Of a DNA stretch of 64,000 nucleotides, positions 54,254-63,151 are shown in pieces. The notes under the pieces are model-generated. The model made no database searches and had not been told where the DNA came from. It saw only the letters and a list, made by a program, of their open reading frames with translations. Made by a program: the position numbers and the translations under genes. Numbering within the stretch: the first letter of the stretch is position 1; each line of letters begins with the position of its first letter. Origin of the DNA: a virus; the IMG/VR virus record IMGVR_UViG_3300035670_000030, positions 32,001-96,000 of that record; one strand, given 5' to 3'.

Positions 54254-57133
54254 TTATAAACTACTCGATGACGAAGTACTCGATAATGAGCTACTCGACG
54301 AATTTTCTAATATAATATCGTTATTTTCCGGATCTACCCATAAAGTATTTACGATTAAAGTCTCAGAACTTGACGAAGAACTACTCGATGACGAACTACT
54401 CGACAATGAACTGCTAGATGACGAACTACTCGAGGACGAACTAGAATTAAGATCTAAAAATAATATATTAGATGATCCTTCTGGATCTATCCATAAATTT
54501 GAACTAAATAATGATTCTGGTAAACTAGAACTACTACTACTACTACTTGGGAATCCTGCGCAAGTAAAATAACGATTGTCACATTCGCTATCCCATTCAA
54601 TTTCACAGCAAACAAAATCAGCATCAATAACCTCCTGATAACAAATATTATTAGTGTCAATATAACTAGGAGGAATTACCGTGCAACCAAAAGAAGAACT
54701 AGAACTAGACGTAATATTTTTATTAAATATAAATTTTAAAGATTTGCATCCAGTGATGATATCAAAATTTAAATTAAGATTACCAGTATTACTATAATTT
54801 TCATAAATTGTGTTATAATTATTATTATCTCTTGAAAATTGAAGTATTACTCCAGTTGGAATAAAACCACTCTCAAACTCAATATTAAACCCAGTAAAAT
54901 CAAAAAATTTATTAGTAACAGAGTAACCTAAAAATAAATCATTATTTATATCTCCAGATATTTCTCCATAAGGATAAATATTTTTATTTTCATTAAAAGC
55001 ATACCAAGCTGGATATGATAAAGAATCATTACTATAAAAAACTTCCCCAGAAAAAGAATTATTATTTAAAATTCCCCCTGAAGGATTATTATATCCAGTT
55101 AAATTTGGAGCAACAGGATAAACAGAAAAAAATTCTGAATTATTTATAGTAACTGGTATTCCTGTGTATAACTCAATTTTTCTAAATCCTATTCCACTAC
55201 TTGATTTTTGACCCGTAAAATTATGAGGCCAATTTTGTCCAGACTTAATTTCAATTCTAGCATAATTATAACTAGCATTATTATTAATTAATTGATCGGC
55301 ATTATTACATTCTAGTATTATTTGTTGTGGATATTCATAGAAATTTAAATCTTCACTTCTTAGAAAAAGCCCGTTACCAGACCGACTATCTATTGTTGTC
55401 CATGGGCCTTCTCTATTAATTGATAATTGTAAATCAAAATTATATGGATATTTTAAAGCATTAAAGTCTAACTCAAAAGAATAAAAAGATATTTTACTTT
55501 TTATTGATGGTTCATAAAATTTAAAGAATATTCCTATATCGCCAGTATTTCCAGTTAAATAAAAATATTCATTACCAATAAATGCTTTATCTGACAAAGA
55601 GTTATTTTCAGATGCAAATCCACTTCCACCATATATAAATAACCCCTCTTCTTGATTAATTATCGGATTTAACAAAACGCCAGTAGATTCGTTTATTATT
55701 ATATTGCCTAAATTAATCTCTCCAGAATTATTAGAAATTATATTTCCAAATAAAAGTCCTGTTAGTCCTACAATTTTATTTCCAGATCCAGTATAATTTA
55801 AACCAGTAATATTATTTGATTCCCAAAATAATTTTTTATTATATAAAAAATAATCTCCAGTATAATAACCAGAACCAGTTAAACTTTGTAGTCCTGTTTT
55901 AATATTTATACTATTAAAATAAAAACCTGTTAGATTAATATTTCTTGTTTCTGAAAATAACCCGTACCCATAGACAAAACCAGTTAAGGGTGAATTTAAG
56001 AATCCTGTAGCTGTAATTAAAGTTCCTTCTGGAGAATTTCCTGTTCCACTAGCCCCAAGTAATGGCAAACGATATTGGTAATTAAGTTCTCCCGTGGCAA
56101 ATTGTAGTTCTCTATAGCTTTCTGATAAAATGCCTGTCGGAAATTGGTTATAGTAATCTCTTTCTAAAAAAGAAGTGCCTAAACCTGTTAAAACGCCAGT
56201 AATATAATCAAAACCATATATAAATCCAGATGCGTTTCCACTTATAAAACCACTTGCGGCAAATTCTCCAAGAATTAATTCACCAGTATGCCCAGAAATA
56301 TTTTTTATTAATATTGTTACGTTTAGTGGGTCTGGATATATCGTTCTTAATTCAAAATTATAATATTGCCCAAAAGTAAAATTATCAATAAGACCTGTTC
56401 CGCCAGTATAGCCTGTAAATAAATCAATAAAATAAACTGGCCCTGGAATCGAATCAAAAGAGATAGTATTTTGAATATTCCCAAAATTAGTATTTAAAAA
56501 TAAAGTAGCTAAAGACGGAGTAACTTCATTAATACTAACTTGATCGTCAAATTCTGGTTTTAAAATTATTTGACCAGATTGATTTCCAGATATGATAAAT
56601 AATGGTAAACTTTGGATTTCATAATCTGTATTTTCATTAAATAAAGTGCCGCTAAAAATTCTAAAGGATTTTTGAGATTCATTTTCTAAATTCTTAATAA
56701 CTCCAGTTAAGTTTTGTCCAAAAAAACCACTTTTTGGAAAGATTATATTATAATTTGGCTTATCTCCTTGAATATAAAAATCGTATTCAATTTCAGAGCC
56801 AGTAGTTTTTACATAAAAATAATCATAGTATGAATTGTCCAATTTCGGAGAAAATAAACATACTGGATTTTGATTTATAAAATAATTAATATATCCAGAA
56901 CCAATATTTCCGGAAAAGCTTACTACTTCTCTTGGATTATAAGACCATACATATTTGTTATTAAAATCAAAAATATTTCCATCTTTAAAGGAGAAGATTT
57001 GTAATGTTTTTTCATCTCCTGAAAAACCAATTTCTGAAACACCAGAACAAGTAGAATTTGTAGCATTAAATGAAAAAGAAAATTCATTTTGTGCTGCAAA
57101 ATTTCTATACTGTATTCCAGAAGTAATAATCAT
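54254..57133 (-). CDS. putative virion protein with discoidin-like domains and poly-Ser tail
   Basis: SG/TG-rich body, YPAWYAFN, FDLQLS..GPWTTID; C-terminal Ser tracts and LW(I/V)DPE repeat. Confidence 0.65.
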   Translation of the reverse strand: MIITSGIQYRNFAAQNEFSFSFNATNSTCSGVSEIGFSGDEKTLQIFSFKDGNIFDFNNKYVWSYNPREVVSFSGNIGSGYINYFINQNPVCLFSPKLDNSYYDYFYVKTTGSEIEYDFYIQGDKPNYNIIFPKSGFFGQNLTGVIKNLENESQKSFRIFSGTLFNENTDYEIQSLPLFIISGNQSGQIILKPEFDDQVSINEVTPSLATLFLNTNFGNIQNTISFDSIPGPVYFIDLFTGYTGGTGLIDNFTFGQYYNFELRTIYPDPLNVTILIKNISGHTGELILGEFAASGFISGNASGFIYGFDYITGVLTGLGTSFLERDYYNQFPTGILSESYRELQFATGELNYQYRLPLLGASGTGNSPEGTLITATGFLNSPLTGFVYGYGLFSETRNINLTGFYFNSINIKTGLQSLTGSGYYTGDYFLYNKKLFWESNNITGLNYTGSGNKIVGLTGLLFGNIISNNSGEINLGNIIINESTGVLLNPIINQEEGLFIYGGSGFASENNSLSDKAFIGNEYFYLTGNTGDIGIFFKFYEPSIKSKISFYSFELDFNALKYPYNFDLQLSINREGPWTTIDSRSGNGLFLRSEDLNFYEYPQQIILECNNADQLINNNASYNYARIEIKSGQNWPHNFTGQKSSSGIGFRKIELYTGIPVTINNSEFFSVYPVAPNLTGYNNPSGGILNNNSFSGEVFYSNDSLSYPAWYAFNENKNIYPYGEISGDINNDLFLGYSVTNKFFDFTGFNIEFESGFIPTGVILQFSRDNNNYNTIYENYSNTGNLNLNFDIITGCKSLKFIFNKNITSSSSSSFGCTVIPPSYIDTNNICYQEVIDADFVCCEIEWDSECDNRYFTCAGFPSSSSSSSSLPESLFSSNLWIDPEGSSNILFLDLNSSSSSSSSSSSSSLSSSSSSSSSSSSSETLIVNTLWVDPENNDIILENSSSSSLSSTSSSSSL

Positions 57134-57135
57134 AT

Positions 57136-59541
57136 TTAGGATGCGTTATAAGACGCTCTGTTAAATTGCGATTGAACATATCTAACTGTATTATTAGCTT
57201 TTGATAATTTTGGTGGTTTAGTTGAAAAAGTTGCGGTAGTTGTAAAACCATCAGACGATAAACTTATATCTAAATTTGATAATCCATTTTGAGGGCTAAG
57301 CGTTATATTTGATGGTTCGCCAGCAAATGTATATTTAATTTCTTCTTGCGGTCTAGAACAAACCGCATCTGCTGGTTTAATTAAATTGCTAGGACGTCTC
57401 GATTGAAAAGAATCTTCGTCTGGATCTGTAATATTTTCATTATTAATTCTAATTTCTGCGACATCATTTGCCACACCAGGATTTCCAGCAGACCATAAAA
57501 ATTGTTCCGTTCCTACTGTACTAATTTTATTGATATTAATATTGTATCTGCATACAACCTGTAAACTTCCATCAGATGGAGCGAAAATTCTAAGAGAGCC
57601 GCCTTTAAGAGAAATACTACAAGATTTTGCTGTTTTTGTTATCAAACCACTAACATAATCATCAGGGTTAGTCGTATCATTCGTAGTTCCCCCCGCTGCC
57701 TCTATAGCCTTATCTCTTGCAATTTCTTCGGCAGCTTTACAGGAACCTTTTTCTAAACTTTCATCATATTGAGGGCAATTTTTTTTACCAGATTGAATAT
57801 TAGCATTTTTCTGATCATAATATGTTTGCTCAAGAGGGTTTAATCCCCTACTAGTTGAAGATCTAAATCCAATTTTATTTCTTACAAATTTTTCACTATT
57901 TGGAAAAATTATTAAAGTATTTACTTTTTTTGATTGTTCGCCAGTAAGTATTTTTGCAGTAACTAGCGCATCTGAGATTCCAGACTCTTTTAAATCAATA
58001 TGAATAGGCGCACAATTTTGAATTTCATTTGCTAAATTTTCATAACCAAGAGCTTCTTGCGCGCTAGTTTCGTCATGGCTCATGGTACCACCCCTATCGA
58101 TAATTCTTCTACCTGCAAAATTTTCACTACCTTGTTCTTGGACTTGCCCCTCTGGATCTACAGAAATTTCTACTTCTATTGTATAATTAGAATTACAATA
58201 AAAAAATGAACCAGAAGAATCTGAAGCTCGATAATATCTACCATGATATTGTAATAATTTTTGTTCAATTTCATGCCATTTATCAGCAATTGTCGGATCT
58301 CTGTTAATAAAATTAAAGTCATAGTTAGGAAGATCTTTTGCATCAAAAGCTTCTAAGTCAGAAATCATATCCTGAAAACCAAATTTTTTAAGAGCGCTTA
58401 TAATTTTTAGTTTATTAGTTGTAATACCACTATTTATTTTATATCCAAGAGCTTCCCAATGTTCATTTTGAAAACTGTATAAATCTCTTAAACTTCTTGA
58501 TACATAACCTAAGAAAGCTGCGTGAACAAAATTGTCTTGGTTTCTTTTCCCGCCCCATCTTCCTTTGTCTGCATTGATAGATTGGGGCGCACCAACTTTA
58601 TTTATAAAATAACTAATTGGATATGGAGATAACGAATATAAAACAACTCTCGATTTTGAAGCACTCAGAGCTTTAACTGCAGATCTCGGCATTGCCGTAT
58701 ATCCAATACCATATTGTCTAAATGTTCCCTGCATAGAAACAGATTTTTCTTTTGAAATAATGCTTGGGTGAGAAATATCTGGAATGGTAGCAACGCCAAC
58801 AGAAACATCAAAAAATCTAAGCGTATTTGTTGAAAAATCCCAATAATAATCAAAACCTAGATCTGAGCACCAACTACTTAAAACTTCTCTTAGAGTTCCT
58901 TCATGAGTTGCTTTCCATTCATTATTATTTGGTGCAGATGACATATTTACAGGAATTTGGCCTTTTAAATCATTAAAAGTATAATAAGTATCTGGTATAT
59001 CACATACAGAATTTGCGAATTTTTCATGCCCAACCAAAATAACATTTCCAACTTTTGTAGATCCCAAAGAATAAGATTTAGATGGAACTGTTATTCTACC
59101 TAATCTTTTCTCTACAAATTCCGTATAAGGAAAACCTGATAATTTTGTATTTCTTCTCGGTACTAATATAGACTCGTCACTAAAATCAAAAGTTTTATTT
59201 TTATTTTGCAGCGTCCCATTTTTTCCCAACAACCCGCGTTTCCATAATAAAACATAGTATCTATCTAATATTATACTATTATCAATAAGAGTTACTTGTA
59301 ATGTTTTTTCTCCAGCAGATTCTCGAAAATTATAAGACCAAACAATTCCATTAAATTTAAAATTTCCAAAAGTTACTGAAGTTTGAGAATTTAAAGCTGG
59401 AGTTGAATAAATACCATTTTCATTCACAATATCTATTGTTAATTTAGATGGTTCAGCAGAGTATCCAATACTCATATTTAGTCCATATATTACCCCGCCA
59501 TAATTTGGCCCTGATATTGTTGGTACATTTTTTATTGCCAT
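57136..59541 (-). CDS. putative baseplate hub / tail protein
   Basis: PSKLTIDIVNE, LQVTLID, GTLREVLSSWCSDLGFDYYWD resemble hub-type tail proteins. Confidence 0.55.
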   Translation of the reverse strand: MAIKNVPTISGPNYGGVIYGLNMSIGYSAEPSKLTIDIVNENGIYSTPALNSQTSVTFGNFKFNGIVWSYNFRESAGEKTLQVTLIDNSIILDRYYVLLWKRGLLGKNGTLQNKNKTFDFSDESILVPRRNTKLSGFPYTEFVEKRLGRITVPSKSYSLGSTKVGNVILVGHEKFANSVCDIPDTYYTFNDLKGQIPVNMSSAPNNNEWKATHEGTLREVLSSWCSDLGFDYYWDFSTNTLRFFDVSVGVATIPDISHPSIISKEKSVSMQGTFRQYGIGYTAMPRSAVKALSASKSRVVLYSLSPYPISYFINKVGAPQSINADKGRWGGKRNQDNFVHAAFLGYVSRSLRDLYSFQNEHWEALGYKINSGITTNKLKIISALKKFGFQDMISDLEAFDAKDLPNYDFNFINRDPTIADKWHEIEQKLLQYHGRYYRASDSSGSFFYCNSNYTIEVEISVDPEGQVQEQGSENFAGRRIIDRGGTMSHDETSAQEALGYENLANEIQNCAPIHIDLKESGISDALVTAKILTGEQSKKVNTLIIFPNSEKFVRNKIGFRSSTSRGLNPLEQTYYDQKNANIQSGKKNCPQYDESLEKGSCKAAEEIARDKAIEAAGGTTNDTTNPDDYVSGLITKTAKSCSISLKGGSLRIFAPSDGSLQVVCRYNININKISTVGTEQFLWSAGNPGVANDVAEIRINNENITDPDEDSFQSRRPSNLIKPADAVCSRPQEEIKYTFAGEPSNITLSPQNGLSNLDISLSSDGFTTTATFSTKPPKLSKANNTVRYVQSQFNRASYNAS

Positions 59542-59576
59542 TTCCTTTTTCCTTTATATTCCTATTTAATTTACAC
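59542..59576 (-). promoter_or_regulatory. GTGTAA late promoter (overlapping upstream Val-stop codons) plus AAGGAAAAAGG leader element
   Basis: GTGTAAATTAAATAGGAATATAAAGGAAAAAGGAA then ATG. Confidence 0.55.
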
Positions 59577-61538
59577 AAAAAAATCGTCTGTATTATTATA
59601 AATTACTTCTTTAAATACGCTTGGTTCTTTAAAAACTCCAGAAATTAAATCATAATTACTATTTTCAATATAATTGCTATTAATTTTTTGTTTAATACCA
59701 TTATAATAAACTTGCGAACAGCCATGATTAAATGGGTAATTAAATTTTAATGTTCCAGAATTTCCTGATACATAATTATTATAATGGTTTATTTCTCTAA
59801 CCATAAAATAATTTAAATCATTAGAAGGATTTACGTTTAGAAAATATAAATTCATACCAGTTTCAATCCTCTCAACTGAGTAGTCAATACCACTAATTAA
59901 TTTTTGACCATTTTTAAAAACAAAAGCATCAACACCACTGTTTGATGATTGATAAAAAATTTCTCCAAATATATTACCTGTTCTTTGTGAAAAACTTGAT
60001 TTTCCACTAAAGTAGTCGTAAAATAAAAAATCTTTTACACCAAAAAATTTATTTGTTTCAACTGTTGTCCCAGTTATAAAATAATCAAATTTTGGACTTC
60101 GTATTATTTCATATCCGCTTGGAATAAGTTCATAACCATCATCAATTAGCGCTTGTCCATTACCAAACATTAAAACTTCATTTGGGCCAAATTCTCTATC
60201 GATATAAAAATAATTTTCATTTAAAACATCGTATCCTAAATTTATATTATAATCTAAAACTTTACTTTGATTTTTTTCTGCATATATTTCTACTATATCA
60301 TTATCTATTGGCTCTACACTAGCAGGGCCAACCGCTGTTAATAAACTAATTTCTTTATAAGATAATGAGGCCAAGTAGTTATCATCATATGAGTACAAAA
60401 CATCGCCAGTGTTATTAAAATAAGAATCACATATTAAACCAGTTACAAACACATTTTCGATACCAGTGTCTATTCCTATTAATTCGATCTCTGTAAATCC
60501 TGTCACGTATGTAATTCCAGTTAATGGTACCGTCACTAAAACTTCGTTATATATTTCTCCAGATAAAGCAATTTGTTCTACAATATTAACACTGTTTCCA
60601 CAGTTATCAATGTAAGATCCCAAAAATTTACCACTATAGCCAGTAATACCAGTATATACATAACCAGAATTAATTTGTTGATATCCAGTGATACCAGTAA
60701 TACCACTTTCGAATCCTGAAACTAAAACCCCAGTAACAGTAGAATAAGAATACCCAGATCCAGATAAAAATCCTGTCGTATAACAATATTCTTCTAAATC
60801 GCCCTCAAAACCCGTAGGTTCTGAAAAAAATCCCCTAGCTAAAACATTTGCATAAACATAAGGTATATTATTAAATATATATAACCTATCCATATAACCA
60901 CTAAAATTTGAAGGATTATTAGAATCCCAAGCGTATCCATTTGGATTTCCTCCTACATATAAATTAGAACTATTTATGAAATTGTTTTGATAAATTTCAA
61001 ATTCTTGAGATGAAAATTGAAAATTATTATTATTAAAATGTCCTAGAGTAATAACAGAATTTGTTCGATTGATGACCAAAATATTTTTATCTGACAGTAT
61101 ACCAGTATATGTAAAAGTAAATGATCCTTCTATATTATTCCAATATTTTAGATATAATTTATTGGCATCATTAATTCCGATATTAAATCCAGAATAAGTA
61201 TTAAACGAATTTCCAGTGACTGAAGACAATAGAACTTCATTGCCCATTCTTAGTTTTTCATATGAAATCAAAATAGTAGATTCATTTAAAGAATAGTCTT
61301 TACTTAATTTAAAATAATTTGTCGTGTTAAAATTTCCACTCCCAGAATAATCAAAAAACCCATTCCCACCGATAGTGTTTAGAATCCCAGATGAAGCGCC
61401 AGTTGCCCACGGATCACCATATACTATATCAGTATTCGTTGTGGGGTTAGATCTGAATGAAAATGCTGTGACAATATCTGCGTAGTTTATGTTTAACGCA
61501 TCTACTAAAAAATTCATTCCTGAAATTATATTTACCAT
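59571..61538 (-). CDS. putative virion protein with LamG/ConA-like domain
   Basis: NLYVGG..FSGYMDRLYIFN; ITG repeats; three (F/Y)xNG(Q/I)x(L/Q) repeats. Confidence 0.65.
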   Translation of the reverse strand: MVNIISGMNFLVDALNINYADIVTAFSFRSNPTTNTDIVYGDPWATGASSGILNTIGGNGFFDYSGSGNFNTTNYFKLSKDYSLNESTILISYEKLRMGNEVLLSSVTGNSFNTYSGFNIGINDANKLYLKYWNNIEGSFTFTYTGILSDKNILVINRTNSVITLGHFNNNNFQFSSQEFEIYQNNFINSSNLYVGGNPNGYAWDSNNPSNFSGYMDRLYIFNNIPYVYANVLARGFFSEPTGFEGDLEEYCYTTGFLSGSGYSYSTVTGVLVSGFESGITGITGYQQINSGYVYTGITGYSGKFLGSYIDNCGNSVNIVEQIALSGEIYNEVLVTVPLTGITYVTGFTEIELIGIDTGIENVFVTGLICDSYFNNTGDVLYSYDDNYLASLSYKEISLLTAVGPASVEPIDNDIVEIYAEKNQSKVLDYNINLGYDVLNENYFYIDREFGPNEVLMFGNGQALIDDGYELIPSGYEIIRSPKFDYFITGTTVETNKFFGVKDFLFYDYFSGKSSFSQRTGNIFGEIFYQSSNSGVDAFVFKNGQKLISGIDYSVERIETGMNLYFLNVNPSNDLNYFMVREINHYNNYVSGNSGTLKFNYPFNHGCSQVYYNGIKQKINSNYIENSNYDLISGVFKEPSVFKEVIYNNTDDFFV

Positions 61539-61542
61539 ATTA

Positions 61543-63150
61543 TTATGAAATAAGTGGACCATCAAAAGTCCATGTCTCGTTTATTGTTACAGTTTTAATA
61601 TCATTATTCTTTGAAATATTTCTATCTTCTAATAATAAATTCGCTCTACCATTAGTATAGTTAGATTTCATTCTATTTACTTCACTAATTGCTGCGCTTT
61701 CCGCTGTAGAAATATTTTTATTCATCCTTGCGGTTGCTGTGACAGAAATTTGTATTCGGGACCTATTCGCGCATCTTAAATTTTGAACATTATGTTCTCT
61801 TGGCGTGAAAGCGGATGTATTTGGAACATGAATAAAAATAGACGGATTAAAAGTAATACTAGAACTGATATTTAAAATGTCAGCACTAAATACAACTGCT
61901 TTATTAGAATACTGGGCATTATAAGTAATTTGGGCATTAAATCTATCAAAACTTATAGATTCAGTTAAAGGAACAGGATTTAAATCAGAAGCTCCAAATT
62001 CTGATAAATATTCTTCTGATGCTAATGAGTATGGAAAGAATCTATTTTGATAAAATTCATTAACTTTTTGCCATTTCGTTGCTAAATCTCCATATTTACA
62101 AGAAATTGTAGAACTTAAATTAACCGTTCGGATACATTTTAAAGAATCTTCATTAATATCAACAGTATAATTATTAATTAATTGATCTGAAAAATCGTTA
62201 TTATATGAAGAACTAAAGCTTAATCTGTTTTCTTCCGATACCTCTTCTAATGATTGTGATATAGGACGATTAGAAATAGGTTCTTTAAAAACTCTACTAC
62301 AAATTTGACTTGCGATACTATATAAATCTAAACTGTTATAATCATTTCTTAACACAGTAAGATTATTGCCTTGTAAATCGCCATTAATATTTACAGTAAC
62401 AATACCATCATCAATTCCAGAATTTAAATCAACAGAATAATTTAAAATAGAATTGTTAGGATTTTCTAAGTTTGTTGATTTTTTGTAAGTTCCTTCCCAC
62501 GAATAAGTTCCATTAAATCTATCTACGACTTCTTGGGTTGAATATAAAAGAAATGGGCGAGATGCTACAGCATTTCTATTTTTTATTAAAATAGGTGAAA
62601 TTCCATTTATATTACCAGTTTTAGAGAGAACCCATTCTTTTGCATTTTCTATTGCATTTTTATTTTTAGCAATTATACCTTTTGCGGAAATAGAGTGGAT
62701 TACATTTAAAATATCCCCCTCTTCTTCATCAAAAGAAAAAGTTTCTTCTGGCTCAACAATGCCATAATAATCTTTAAATAAACCAGAATCATAAACAGTG
62801 ATATCTATAGAATAAGGTAATAAACCATACCAAGAAGACTGCTCAATATTAATTGAATTTATTACTGCATTAGCACCTGTATATAAACCAGACCCATTTT
62901 CAGTTATTAATAATGTTTTATAATTTTCATTAAAATTTTCATGTAATTTCTGGGCAGCTTCTGCTAATAAATTATAAGAATTAGAACCCAAAAATTTACC
63001 AGTTAATTGACCTTCTAAAGTAATATTAGTAACTTGATTCCATTTTGTTCCAAAATCAATATAGTCATTAGAAATAGAAACAAATGGCACTGTTGAGATA
63101 CCACTAAAAGCATCCTTATTGTTATATAAAATTTTTACATTGTCACTCAT
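61543..63150 (-). CDS. putative tail/baseplate structural protein with internal repeats
   Basis: Repeated DRFN.(T/Q)..(W/Y)...Y modules; structural operon. Confidence 0.65.
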   Translation of the reverse strand: MSDNVKILYNNKDAFSGISTVPFVSISNDYIDFGTKWNQVTNITLEGQLTGKFLGSNSYNLLAEAAQKLHENFNENYKTLLITENGSGLYTGANAVINSINIEQSSWYGLLPYSIDITVYDSGLFKDYYGIVEPEETFSFDEEEGDILNVIHSISAKGIIAKNKNAIENAKEWVLSKTGNINGISPILIKNRNAVASRPFLLYSTQEVVDRFNGTYSWEGTYKKSTNLENPNNSILNYSVDLNSGIDDGIVTVNINGDLQGNNLTVLRNDYNSLDLYSIASQICSRVFKEPISNRPISQSLEEVSEENRLSFSSSYNNDFSDQLINNYTVDINEDSLKCIRTVNLSSTISCKYGDLATKWQKVNEFYQNRFFPYSLASEEYLSEFGASDLNPVPLTESISFDRFNAQITYNAQYSNKAVVFSADILNISSSITFNPSIFIHVPNTSAFTPREHNVQNLRCANRSRIQISVTATARMNKNISTAESAAISEVNRMKSNYTNGRANLLLEDRNISKNNDIKTVTINETWTFDGPLIS

Positions 63151-63151
63151 T

